Below are positions 48,416 to 56,613 of a stretch of DNA of 56,613 nucleotides, one piece after another (within the stretch, counting starts at the first letter, position 1; each line of letters begins with the position of its first letter). The DNA comes from a virus (lineage: Duplodnaviria > Caudoviricetes). The notes under the pieces are model-generated. The model did not search any database. It saw only the letters and a list, made by a program, of their open reading frames with translations, and was not told the origin of the DNA. A program made the position numbers and the translations under genes. Where the stretch lies: positions 1 to 56,613 of IMG/VR virus record IMGVR_UViG_3300036900_000166. One strand, given 5' to 3'.

Positions 48416-48774
48416 AAGCGTTCCATCCTTACGATGGTTCCGGTTTTGCCTCTGGTTTCGACCTGTCCGTATTCAAAGCGGATTCGGTGGTCTCCATCGT
48501 CGATAGCAAGGCTCCTTGCGATGCCATCACGAAGCGACTTGTATGAAGCCGAGAGATTGTCGTCATCAAGAAGTTTATGGCCGAATCGGATGATCGTAAC
48601 GCGCACAACCAAGCCTGTTTTGCGTCTTGGGCGTGGAGTCGGCTTTTGGTCCAGTGTTGGTAGCGGGTTTGGTTGGGGCTTGGTGGGCAATAATCCACCC
48701 ACAAGACGGCTTGGGTGGCAGTACTCGCCTTGGGCATTTTGGACATAATTAGGTGGTATTCCTTTAGGGGTCAT
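48412..48774 (-). CDS. RusA-like Holliday junction resolvase
   Basis: LDDDNL...KSLRDGI...IDD matches the RusA D.DN..K...D...DD pattern. Confidence 0.7.
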   Translation of the reverse strand: MTPKGIPPNYVQNAQGEYCHPSRLVGGLLPTKPQPNPLPTLDQKPTPRPRRKTGLVVRVTIIRFGHKLLDDDNLSASYKSLRDGIARSLAIDDGDHRIRFEYGQVETRGKTGTIVRMERL

Positions 48775-49085
48775 GTGGGGATCACCAATGACGGTCGGTT
48801 GAAAAGGTTGTCGGGTGCGCGGAAGCCATCTCGCGTTGCGTCATTCCTGTGAGACTCGACATGGCGATGGCAGCTTCGACAAAGCATAATCCACCCCGGC
48901 ACCCAACAAAGTAATGCGTGAACCCGGCCAAATTTATGGTGAAGCTCACGATATCGTGGGGGGATCGTGTTGTGGCATCGCTCACAAAACGGCGTGTTCT
49001 CCAAGAACAGGAGCCTCAAGTGGCGGTACTTGGCGTGATCACGCGACCTTTGCTTAGACTGGCGTGGTGGTCGTTTGGTTTTCAT
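48771..49085 (-). CDS. Small HNH-type nuclease
   Basis: CERC...ELHH..GR...LCRSCH. Confidence 0.75.
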   Translation of the reverse strand: MKTKRPPRQSKQRSRDHAKYRHLRLLFLENTPFCERCHNTIPPRYRELHHKFGRVHALLCWVPGWIMLCRSCHRHVESHRNDATRDGFRAPDNLFNRPSLVIPT

Positions 49086-49284
49086 GGGTTAGGTAGCGGA
49101 CTAAGAAAAGGACGTGCTTGCAGTACGGCATCCCCTTGCACTGCATCTGCTCACAGGAGCATCTCGCGGTGGGCTTGTTCCATTTCTCCTCTTGCCATTG
49201 CAGGTCCACCAAATGGTCGATTCCACGTCGGCTCTCCGAGGACACCCAATAGCGGAACTCTCCAGGTATGCGGGTGACGGTCAT
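49054..49284 (-). CDS. SWIM-type Zn-finger protein
   Basis: CSC...CKH. Confidence 0.7.
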   Translation of the reverse strand: MTVTRIPGEFRYWVSSESRRGIDHLVDLQWQEEKWNKPTARCSCEQMQCKGMPYCKHVLFLVRYLTHENQTTTTPV

Positions 49285-49595
49285 GGTGTCGGCCTTCCAG
49301 TTCTAGTGTCGAAGAACTTTGGTCCCGATTCGTGCCAGTGGAAACAGAATTGGTGCTTATTCACGTACTCCGACTTGGGTGGCAGGATTTGCACCATGTA
49401 AACGTCATCAGGGCAAAACTCGTAACGTGCTCGCTTCTGTTCTTCCCATGTGGGGTTGCGGTCGGGGCACGAAATGGAAATGTGCCACCCGATTTGTTCT
49501 CGCTCTTTAGGTCCACTGACCAGAACCCTCACGGGACCATCAGTGTAAATGTGGGCACCCGTCATCGGATCAATCCCTCGAAGTGTGTATCCCAT
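49281..49595 (-). CDS. Conserved phage hypothetical protein
   Basis: WHISIS..DR.PTWEE...PPKSEYVN.H..CFHW. Confidence 0.7.
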   Translation of the reverse strand: MGYTLRGIDPMTGAHIYTDGPVRVLVSGPKEREQIGWHISISCPDRNPTWEEQKRARYEFCPDDVYMVQILPPKSEYVNKHQFCFHWHESGPKFFDTRTGRPTP

Positions 49596-49597
49596 AT

Positions 49598-50023
49598 CTA
49601 AAGCCAGTCCCCCAACTGAAGTTTCAATGAAAGCGCAATGGTGCGTGCCGCCTCTGGTTTGGCCAACATGTCGGTGTGGGCTCGACCCACGATTTCAGTG
49701 ATCCTCTTGCTTTTGTAATGTGGCAACAGGGCTCGGGCTTCACCTTCCACACACGAAAAGGGCAATCCTTTGTTGGGTCCAAAGATCGGGTGGTCCACCC
49801 ACGGCTTGTAATCGGGCTCCAAGAGCACCTTGATGTTCTTTGGTTTGAGTCGCCACCCTTTGTGGATACACTTGGTTATCCCTTCAGCCAGCTTGCTTGC
49901 TTCGGGTGACTCCCAGTAAGGCCAGTACGCCAGAGCAGTGCAAACACAGGTGCCGGGTTTGTCGTGGGTTTCACTGGACAACACCGACGCCACGATCAGT
50001 TGCTCTGTGGCGATGATGTTCAC
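49598..50023 (-). CDS. Hypothetical protein
   Basis: Coupled ORF chain. Confidence 0.55.
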   Translation of the reverse strand: MNIIATEQLIVASVLSSETHDKPGTCVCTALAYWPYWESPEASKLAEGITKCIHKGWRLKPKNIKVLLEPDYKPWVDHPIFGPNKGLPFSCVEGEARALLPHYKSKRITEIVGRAHTDMLAKPEAARTIALSLKLQLGDWL

Positions 50024-50319
50024 CGGAGTTTCTGTGAAACCGATACGTCATCGGTGACGCCCGGAATAACAGCAGTGCGAAACTCACTGAGCTTTTCACC
50101 TAGTTTCTTGGCCTTCTTGTTGAGCAGGTTGTTGGCCGTCAGTCGCATCCGTGAAGCATCACCCCGTTTCAACTTCGCATCCTCAACAGCTTCAGGATAC
50201 TTGAAAAGCTCATCGGCAATGATGTCCAGTTGTTCGGCTTCCTTCGACAGCGCCGATGCTTTGGCGTGGCACTTGTCGATGTCCTTGATGATTTGTTCCT
50301 CGGTGGTGTAGCGTTTCAT
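50020..50319 (-). CDS. Coiled-coil hypothetical protein
   Basis: Coupled ORF chain. Confidence 0.6.
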   Translation of the reverse strand: MKRYTTEEQIIKDIDKCHAKASALSKEAEQLDIIADELFKYPEAVEDAKLKRGDASRMRLTANNLLNKKAKKLGEKLSEFRTAVIPGVTDDVSVSQKLR

Positions 50320-50534
50320 TGGTTGTGCTTGGTGGTTACAAACTTGAGTGTGACCCTTCCTTTGCCTGTCGATTTGGCGTCGATAAACTCAATGGGGAAA
50401 AGCTCAGCGGAAGGATGATGCTCTTCCTGCCACTTGATACCCACAAATTCAACCTCTGGGTCGTACTCGTAATCTGAGTGGTAACCCGCCTCGCTCTTCA
50501 CGAGGGTAATAAACTTTGAGAGTTTGAGCCTCAT
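50316..50534 (-). CDS. Hypothetical protein
   Basis: ATGA overlaps at both ends. Confidence 0.55.
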   Translation of the reverse strand: MRLKLSKFITLVKSEAGYHSDYEYDPEVEFVGIKWQEEHHPSAELFPIEFIDAKSTGKGRVTLKFVTTKHNQ

Positions 50535-50980
50535 AAGGTTTTCCCAAATTCACGGAACTTCTTAAACGCCTCTTCGTCGGCCATCACCTGTGCCGCTGTG
50601 CGGGGTGGACTGGTGTGGTTTTCGGTGCGTCCGGTGGCACGCAACGCTTCCTGTTTACCGTAATCAATCTTGGGCTTTCTGGCGTGCGCTCTAGCTGTCG
50701 ACAAATCCTCTTCAAAGTAATCAGGGTTGCCGATGAGATTGTGGAACTTGAGTGAGCCGGGGAACCTTTCACCCTTCTTAATCATGAACTTCAGGTAGGC
50801 GACCACCATGCGAAGCTCTTCAATGTCGTGACCGCGTTGACACCAATCCCACCAAACACGCTCCCGGTGGAAGTCCAGGGTCAACTGGTGGCCCGTCAGA
50901 TGACGATACTCATGGTGAAGCGTAGCTATGGCGGCACTGTCGATCTTAGGTAGTGGGCTACTTTGATTTTTCTCATGCAT
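50531..50980 (-). CDS. Putative replication-organiser C-terminal-like protein; first 11 aa are IS-derived
   Basis: GHDIEELRMVV...SLKFHNLIGNPDYFEE resembles the phage conserved C-terminal domain (G...E...VI...L....L....FE). Confidence 0.5.
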   Translation of the reverse strand: MHEKNQSSPLPKIDSAAIATLHHEYRHLTGHQLTLDFHRERVWWDWCQRGHDIEELRMVVAYLKFMIKKGERFPGSLKFHNLIGNPDYFEEDLSTARAHARKPKIDYGKQEALRATGRTENHTSPPRTAAQVMADEEAFKKFREFGKTL

Positions 50981-51009
50981 AATAGCTAACGGGTGGTTAT
51001 TGTTTGGGC

Positions 51010-51246
51010 ATGAAATGCCCGCATTGTGGTAACGAAATCAACATCGGCTCCCTGCTGGGGAGCACAACGTCAAAGGCCAAGGCCCGCGCAGCCAGGCGCA
51101 ACGCCAAGCTTGGGGGCTGGCCAAAGGGCCGCAAGCGCGGGAAACGTCGCCCGAACGACGCCAACGCGCTGGCGCGCTCCATTGTTTCCGAAGCTGAGAA
51201 GCTCACGCAGCAAGCCTCCGTTCGTCGATTTCCAGCAGAGCAATAA
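51010..51246 (+). CDS. IS passenger: small basic DNA-binding-like protein
   Basis: CPHC, KARAARRNAKLGGWPKG, RRPNDANALARSIV. Confidence 0.65.
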   Translation: MKCPHCGNEINIGSLLGSTTSKAKARAARRNAKLGGWPKGRKRGKRRPNDANALARSIVSEAEKLTQQASVRRFPAEQ

Positions 51247-51964
51247 GCTCGGACAATTCCCATACGTGGTCAGTCAGGCCCGCCGCCATCGCTGGGGTAA
51301 CTCTCAGCGTTTGGTGGATGCGGGCAAAATTGTAGTGAAGGAAATGAATCGCCAGCGAGAGCCGGTGATTCTCAATCGACTTGCTAAACCCGTTGGTCAG
51401 ACGGGTAAACCGGCGCATGGACATACGGAGCGTGAGGTTGTTGCGCTCGGCATGGCTCGTGCAAATCTTGTCGATGGCAGGCAAGCCCAAGACGGATTCT
51501 TTGCGTATGCCTGCAAGCGCGTTGGGGCTGTATTTACCCTCGCCGCTGGCGTCCCCGTAGATTTTGACCAGCACGCGCTCAGTGAGGCGGCGCTCAAGGT
51601 TACGCATGAACTTGTAGGCGCTTTGGGCGGTGCGGTCCCCGACGAACCAAGCGGGGATCAGTTTGGTTTCGGGGTCAATCGCAATCCAGGTCCAGACATC
51701 GCCCCAACCATCGGGGCTTTCGGCGTGGACGTTCTTGCCCTTGCATCCGATGAAAGACCAAATCTCATCGCACTGAATCGCCTTGCACGACAGGCCCGTC
51801 ATTACTCGGTCGGCAAAGCGTTCGCAAGCTTCCCCAAATTCAACCAGCAGGCGAGACACTGTGCGCTTGCAGATGCCCGTAATGCGAACGGTGGACCGGA
51901 TGCTGTTGCCTTCGACAAGGCAAGCCAGCACCCGGCATCGGTCTTCGTTGGAGAGGCGGTTCAC
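51203..51964 (-). pseudogene. IS1-family transposase, apparently with an in-frame internal deletion
   Basis: N-terminal HTH; IQCDEIWSFIG; WTWIAID; TSHAERNNLTLR..MRRF.R.T..FSK; no TDG motif between RLTERV and LVKIYG. Confidence 0.75.
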
Positions 51965-52290
51965 TGGTTTTCTGGATGGTTGGCAATACGCTGCCTAAGA
52001 GTCTCATACTCGCCATTGCACGCGCATCCAGACGCCCCAGCACGGGCTAACGCAAAAATCAACAGGTGGATTTCCCAGGCGTTAAACCGTATGGTCTTTG
52101 AGGCTTTCTTTACACAGTTATCACAGAGCCCATCAAAGCCGAGGGTTGGAACGTTATACTTCTGGTGGCACCTATCGCATATCCCGTCAACCACATGCTT
52201 TTTCTTGGCAGGCGCACCGACATTCAAGGCCATGCCTTCTTTGTATTCGACTAACGATCCATCGCTTAACTCAATAAGGTTTGTTTTCAT
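51961..52290 (-). CDS. IS passenger hypothetical protein
   Basis: CDRC...CDNC; GTGA overlap with the transposase start. Confidence 0.6.
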   Translation of the reverse strand: MKTNLIELSDGSLVEYKEGMALNVGAPAKKKHVVDGICDRCHQKYNVPTLGFDGLCDNCVKKASKTIRFNAWEIHLLIFALARAGASGCACNGEYETLRQRIANHPENQ

Positions 52291-52296
52291 GGTTTC

Positions 52297-52324
52297 AATA
52301 TACCCAACTGTTGGGTATTGTCAA
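52297..52324 (-). promoter_or_regulatory. IS promoter with a palindromic operator
   Basis: TTGACA-N16-TATATT on the - strand, overlapping ATACCCAAC-N-GTTGGGTAT. Confidence 0.7.
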
Positions 52325-52510
52325 CAGGAAAAATGAAAAATGTTCAAAGTAGCCCATTACCCGATCTTCATGGCTTGATGTTCGCGGACCATTTGAAGCA
52401 GTTCGTGGAAGTCATGGGTCACAAATAGAAATGGCCAGCCCGGTGGCTAAACGGCGATGAACAAACCACAAGACGCCGACCCCTAAAGGGTCCAGTGCTG
52501 GCCAAAGTGC

Positions 52511-53206
52511 TCACAGTAATCCTTTAACCCGCTTGTCCAGTTCGTACATCTCCCGCATAAGGATGAATGCACGCTGGCAGATCGGGAAGATTTCAGCACT
52601 CCAATGTCGATGTTCAAAGCTCACCGGGTCGTCGGGTGCCTTTGGCTTGGAGATTCTTAGCAGGTCCATGCCTTGCAGTGGTTGGTCTGGGTGGTGTTCC
52701 TGCCACAAAAGCGAGTATCCACCCGCCACTTGAATCAGATAATCACCGTAAATGCCAGAGCTTGTTTTGTAATCCAACAGTCGCAACTGACCATTGGTGA
52801 GCACGGCGTCAAAAGTGCCTCCGAACTGGTAAAGCTCGCTCACAAGGCTTTGCTCTGCGGCTTCCAACTTGAGCTTCGACTGCTCAGCCCATTCAAGATA
52901 AGCCAAGAAAGCGTGCTCGGCTCGCGAGCGTATTGGGCCGGGATATCGCAATGTGGTATCCGACAAATCTCGCCCATGCAAGTGGTCGTCAATCATGTCG
53001 TGACAGCAGGTACCAGCGTCGGCGGCATCGTCGCGCACTTGGTTGATGTCCAGCCCATCCATACCGCATTGCCACGCCCAATGAACCAGCCCACCCGATT
53101 CCTTGAACCTGCTGATTATGGTAGTGCAACCCGGAACACGCTTTCCGTCCTTGTTGCGGTAGCCAGCCTTGGGGCGACCTGTGACTTTCGGTTCTTCGGT
53201 GGTCAT
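52511..53206 (-). CDS. PD-(D/E)xK exonuclease
   Basis: VPGCTTII, GT..H, E..L, GGTFD, LLDYKT, Q...Y. Confidence 0.85.
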   Translation of the reverse strand: MTTEEPKVTGRPKAGYRNKDGKRVPGCTTIISRFKESGGLVHWAWQCGMDGLDINQVRDDAADAGTCCHDMIDDHLHGRDLSDTTLRYPGPIRSRAEHAFLAYLEWAEQSKLKLEAAEQSLVSELYQFGGTFDAVLTNGQLRLLDYKTSSGIYGDYLIQVAGGYSLLWQEHHPDQPLQGMDLLRISKPKAPDDPVSFEHRHWSAEIFPICQRAFILMREMYELDKRVKGLL

Positions 53207-53385
53207 GATCGATTGATGCTCGGAACAGTTTCGTAAAACGCCACGATTTTCTTGGCCAGTTCAAGGTCACGTCGAATGCGACCATCCAATTCCCAACATC
53301 GGTCACACAACTCAGTTCCCAGCATTGGCGTGGGCTTGCCACACCACCGACACGGCACCGTTTCTCGGTCATGCTTGTCTTTCAC
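53203..53385 (-). CDS. Small Zn-finger protein
   Basis: CRWCG...LCDRCW. Confidence 0.6.
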   Translation of the reverse strand: MKDKHDRETVPCRWCGKPTPMLGTELCDRCWELDGRIRRDLELAKKIVAFYETVPSINRS

Positions 53386-54143
53386 GACGCCACCTCCGGT
53401 TGCTCTCTCATCTGTCGCTCGAATTGGTGGATCTGCTCACCTAGCGCCACAAATTCAACAGCACTCTTGGGCAACTTGTCCAACGCCCAATCTTCAGGTT
53501 CCTGGGTGGCGTTGATGTAGCCTTTGACAGTCAAAAACTGGTGGACGATGGCCCGCCATCGTCCACCCGGATCAGCTTGCAGCTTGTTTAAGGTTTGCAA
53601 GCGGTACTTGGGTCCGACCACAGGCTCAGAATCGGCCTTTGGCGCTTCGGAAACGGGTGCTGGTGGCGTTTTGGCGGTCGGAGTGGCCTGATATGGTGGT
53701 TTTTGGGCTGGACGCGCCACAGCACCCTTGGGTGCGGAATTGCCGTCGTCGTCGGAGTCGGCATAAATGCCCAAAACAGATGCCCACGCATATCTTTTCA
53801 TGTAGGTCAGCAGCGACCCTGCTAATTGGGCGTCGGAGTTGCGGTCAGATTCACCTAATGGAAGGCTCATCGTGCCACCGTCCAGGGTTTGACCTGACTT
53901 GTGGCGTACGATCGTATGCACGCTGACAATACCATCCGCAATCGTGGCTACCTGCTGAACCGCAAGGCCAGCGTTGAAAAGCGGCTCGCGTGACGCCTCA
54001 ATGATTGCCCCCAAAGTCGCGTACTTGCTTTTGAAAAACGGGTTGGTGGCGTCCATGTGGGCGGTTTTAAGACTGCCTTGGCAAATCACCAAGGCCGCAC
54101 TCACTAAATCTTCGTGGATATCAGGTATTGTGGTTTCGCTCAT
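53382..54143 (-). CDS. ERF-family single-strand annealing protein
   Basis: NPFFKSKYATL, H.SGQ, Q.AGS.LTY.KRY, GI..D.DDDGN. Confidence 0.92.
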   Translation of the reverse strand: MSETTIPDIHEDLVSAALVICQGSLKTAHMDATNPFFKSKYATLGAIIEASREPLFNAGLAVQQVATIADGIVSVHTIVRHKSGQTLDGGTMSLPLGESDRNSDAQLAGSLLTYMKRYAWASVLGIYADSDDDGNSAPKGAVARPAQKPPYQATPTAKTPPAPVSEAPKADSEPVVGPKYRLQTLNKLQADPGGRWRAIVHQFLTVKGYINATQEPEDWALDKLPKSAVEFVALGEQIHQFERQMREQPEVAS

Positions 54144-54406
54144 TAAAACACTCTCTTTGGTGGATTGTCTTTTACGGATTGTTCCCATGCGGCCACTTGT
54201 GAGTCGCGCTCTTTTGCCAAACAATCCGCACAAGTGACTGTGGCCACATTGATTTGTGCGCCATGTGACCGTGCCTTGGCTTCGGCTACCAGGATTGTCC
54301 ACGCCCATTCCGCCTGGGTTTGAGCGCCGACCGATGCGCTTGGCTCACCAGTCGCCACCACCCGACCGCAAGTGTCACAGATGATTTCAGCGGTGAGAGT
54401 GATCAT
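54143..54406 (-). CDS. Zn-ribbon hypothetical protein
   Basis: CDTCG...CADC. Confidence 0.6.
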   Translation of the reverse strand: MITLTAEIICDTCGRVVATGEPSASVGAQTQAEWAWTILVAEAKARSHGAQINVATVTCADCLAKERDSQVAAWEQSVKDNPPKRVF

Positions 54407-54864
54407 GCGGTTTTTGCCTTTTCGAGAACGCGAGCGGCTAAGCCTTGAAGTTGTGACGATAAATCGCAGCATTCACGCGAGCACCTAACAGCTTCACAAA
54501 GCACCTGTAAAACTGCGCTGTCTGAGCACTGGTTGAGATTTTTAATCACTTCTCGGCACGCTTGCTGAAAAGCTTCGTGGCTCATTTCCATGCGACCAGC
54601 AATACTCGGCAACGGTTCTGGTGTAAATCCGTTTAGCTTTTCCAGTGCGTGAACATGGTCTTGGAGTCGCGCACACACTGAATACATGGCGGCTTGCGCC
54701 TCAGATGGTGAAACTCGGCAGCATTCAGCAACCAGCATCAACGCACCTTTTAAGGCGTCAATTTGAACGCATCGTATGCGGTCCAAGTCGCAAGCACACC
54801 AATTCGGAGTTGTGGGCCACGTATCCGATCCCCATCGGTCCAGATAAACACTTGCAGCAATCAT
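54403..54864 (-). CDS. Hypothetical protein
   Basis: ATGA-coupled. Confidence 0.55.
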   Translation of the reverse strand: MIAASVYLDRWGSDTWPTTPNWCACDLDRIRCVQIDALKGALMLVAECCRVSPSEAQAAMYSVCARLQDHVHALEKLNGFTPEPLPSIAGRMEMSHEAFQQACREVIKNLNQCSDSAVLQVLCEAVRCSRECCDLSSQLQGLAARVLEKAKTA

Positions 54865-55142
54865 GCGAGTGGAGAGTTGCCGTGGGTGCAGAGCAGTACA
54901 TCTGAAAGCCGACACCCACAGGGAAGCGGGTCGTTTGGTGGCACTCCGATACAGTTTGGCGGTGTGATGGCCTTGGTTAGCGCGTCGATTGCCAAAGCAT
55001 GATCGCTGGCTTCAAGCGCATAACCACGTTTGATAATTAACGCCAAAGCTGCGAAAAGCTCTGGCGCACTCTCTTTGTTGACGGTTAAAACTGGCATAAT
55101 CTCTTGGCATTTAGGGCAAACAATGGCAAAAGGTGGTCTCAC
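54861..55142 (-). CDS. Hypothetical protein
   Basis: GTG start with GGAGGT upstream; CPKC. Confidence 0.5.
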   Translation of the reverse strand: MRPPFAIVCPKCQEIMPVLTVNKESAPELFAALALIIKRGYALEASDHALAIDALTKAITPPNCIGVPPNDPLPCGCRLSDVLLCTHGNSPLA

Positions 55143-55366
55143 TTCACACCTCCAATCTTCAGTGAGTCGGCCAGCACCTGATATGCTGCGGTGGCGTGGC
55201 CACACTCCAAGAGTGACAGGCTTTCCACAATGGCACCTCGAAGCCGATCTTCGGTTGTGATTTTGATTTGGTTGAGCACCTCCAAGACTTCTTCTTGGTT
55301 GTGCCACTCAAATTGACGCGCTTTGCGTTCCACTTCACCCCAGCCATTTGAGTCGTTCACGCTCAT
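55139..55366 (-). CDS. Hypothetical protein
   Basis: Coupled ORF chain. Confidence 0.55.
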   Translation of the reverse strand: MSVNDSNGWGEVERKARQFEWHNQEEVLEVLNQIKITTEDRLRGAIVESLSLLECGHATAAYQVLADSLKIGGVK

Positions 55367-55489
55367 AAACGCTCGTATTCAATGCCGGAACGTTGATTAA
55401 TGAACTTGTAAAGGGCAGCGCACAACGCCGCCTTACTTGCTTGTGTCGTTTCTGTGGTTGTCATGTTTTTAGCCTTTTGTGGATTTGGT

Positions 55490-55663
55490 TTACTGCGACT
55501 GTTCCGAAATTAATCTAGACCGCTCTGGTTTGCAAGAACTATTTTCACTTTTCTTTGGCCGACCACCACGCTTGCCGTTCCTAGCTCTGGCTGCGTTTTG
55601 GGCCGGAGTATTTTGACTGCCACCTTTTGAGCCGAGCACCTTAGCTGCTTCTGTGATGTCCAT
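55490..55663 (-). CDS. 57-aa KGG/GGRP small DNA-binding-like protein (below cutoff)
   Basis: MDITEAAKVLGSKGG...AARARNGKRGGRPKK; starts just downstream of a promoter. Confidence 0.7.
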   Translation of the reverse strand: MDITEAAKVLGSKGGSQNTPAQNAARARNGKRGGRPKKSENSSCKPERSRLISEQSQ

Positions 55664-55669
55664 ATGGCG

Positions 55670-55698
55670 AGCCTAAACGGTCTGGTTTGTGGCGTCAA
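55670..55698 (-). promoter_or_regulatory. Sigma70-like promoter of the leftward early operon
   Basis: TTGACG-N17-TAGGCT on the - strand. Confidence 0.65.
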
Positions 55699-56013
55699 GG
55701 TTGTTGTCATTTCGTTTATAGGGCGTTTTGATTTGTGGACCTACTCCGATGCCTCGGCACTCGCCAGAATCGCTCCTAGGTGCCTTTGCGTGCGTTCCTG
55801 GGTGGTCTTGGCGGCAGGTTTAACGGCTAGCGGTGACTTTGGCCCACCTTTCACGCGCCATCTGTCGCGCTCAGGTGACTCATTCATGGACATGTAAAGA
55901 CCGGCGACACCAAAAACTGTCCACCGACCCACCCGTTAACGTCACAATCAAAAGAACACCCAAATCCACTGTCCTATTGACACACATGTAAGCTTTACCT
56001 ACAGATTTACACT

Positions 56014-56613
56014 ATGCCAGCAGTAGCGGAGATGCCACGTAAACCCAAGCTCCGCACCAAAGGCACTTGGAACAAGGAACAAGCATTAGCTGCACGCGCT
56101 AAATCACTCGAAACAAGGCGCAGGAAAGCCATACAGCGTAAAGCTGTGGCCCAGGAAGCAGCGTCTCTGCTCAAGGCCATATGTGCATCAGACCCTATCT
56201 CGGACGTTGAGAAGGCACTGTCTTACGCAGCTAAGCATGGTCGAGCCAAGTCCTGTGAGCACCTAAGCCTTGCCTTGGCACGCCTCAAAGCTCAGCCCAA
56301 GAGCACGCCTAGTGCATCCAACGCCACAACAGCTTGTAGTCCCGCACGTCAACCTACGCAGAGCACACCACAAGATGTGCAAGCTGTTGAGCCTAAGCAT
56401 GTAGAGCATGCACCCAACTACGCACAATATACGTATCCTTTAGTTGGCCAGGGTAAGGAATCTCTTAATTTGGGAGGGGTGGGGGCGGGGTGCCCCCCAT
56501 GGAGCCCCGCTGGGCAGGTGGCGGGTGGCGTTATACAGGGCAATACACGCAGGCCAAATTCTGGTGTTCTTTTGTCTGAAGCCACGGTGGAAGAACTGGA
56601 AGCTCGTTTAAGG
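56014..56613 (+). CDS. Junction-spanning hypothetical protein (about 254 aa; continues to position 292), possible small terminase or DNA-binding protein
   Basis: ATG at 56014 (MPAVAEMPRKPKLRTKG...) is open to the window end and in frame with ORF 32..292 (VAGGVIQGNTRR...); basic helical N-terminus; function is inference only. Confidence 0.6.
   Translation, partial: MPAVAEMPRKPKLRTKGTWNKEQALAARAKSLETRRRKAIQRKAVAQEAASLLKAICASDPISDVEKALSYAAKHGRAKSCEHLSLALARLKAQPKSTPSASNATTACSPARQPTQSTPQDVQAVEPKHVEHAPNYAQYTYPLVGQGKESLNLGGVGAGCPPWSPAGQVAGGVIQGNTRRPNSGVLLSEATVEELEARLR
56487..56613. repeat. Terminal overlap, copy 2
   Basis: Identical to 1-127. Confidence 0.95.

Larger units (their letters stand above)
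50949..52361 (-). mobile_element. IS1-family insertion sequence with passenger genes
   Basis: Terminal inverted repeats GGTAGTGGGCTACTTTGA / TCAAAGTAGCCCATTACC (17 of 18 match); flanks CGATCTTA / CGATCTTC. Confidence 0.9.

Noticed and set aside
51026-52336. 436-aa plus-strand ORF
   Set aside because: Antisense shadow of the transposase and passenger gene, with no recognisable motifs
52511-53206. Cas4 / CRISPR-associated nuclease
   Set aside because: Lacks the four-Cys Fe-S arrangement; its position next to ERF fits a recombination exonuclease

Overview
The window looks like a complete, circularly assembled genome of a podovirus-like tailed phage. Positions 1-127 are repeated exactly at 56487-56613, so the unit length is about 56,486 bp. 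The + strand (about 56014 across the junction to 48010) carries small early genes and a structured non-coding region. It then carries the terminase large subunit, a sugar-biosynthesis/glycosyltransferase cluster, portal, an ATP-grasp enzyme, scaffold, GroES, a 100-aa paralog of the capsid N-terminus, and the major capsid protein. These are followed by Cys-repeat proteins, a Ser/Thr-repeat fibre, LamG/Ig/beta-helix proteins (six with Sec-type signal peptides), holin-like genes, tail nozzle/adaptor and ejection proteins. The - strand (about 48188-55663) carries RusA-like, HNH, SWIM, exonuclease and ERF genes, plus an IS1-family element whose transposase appears internally deleted. I recognise no integrase, DNA polymerase, helicase/primase, endolysin, tRNA or CRISPR array. 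The most interesting signals are: (1) an intact mini-capsid paralog directly upstream of the capsid gene; (2) a branched-sugar glycosylation pathway alongside exported Thr-Asn-rich proteins embedded in the virion module; (3) an unrecognised AKCxC repeat family; and (4) G-U-supported structured RNAs. All calls come from motif reading and gene order by eye; no searches were run.
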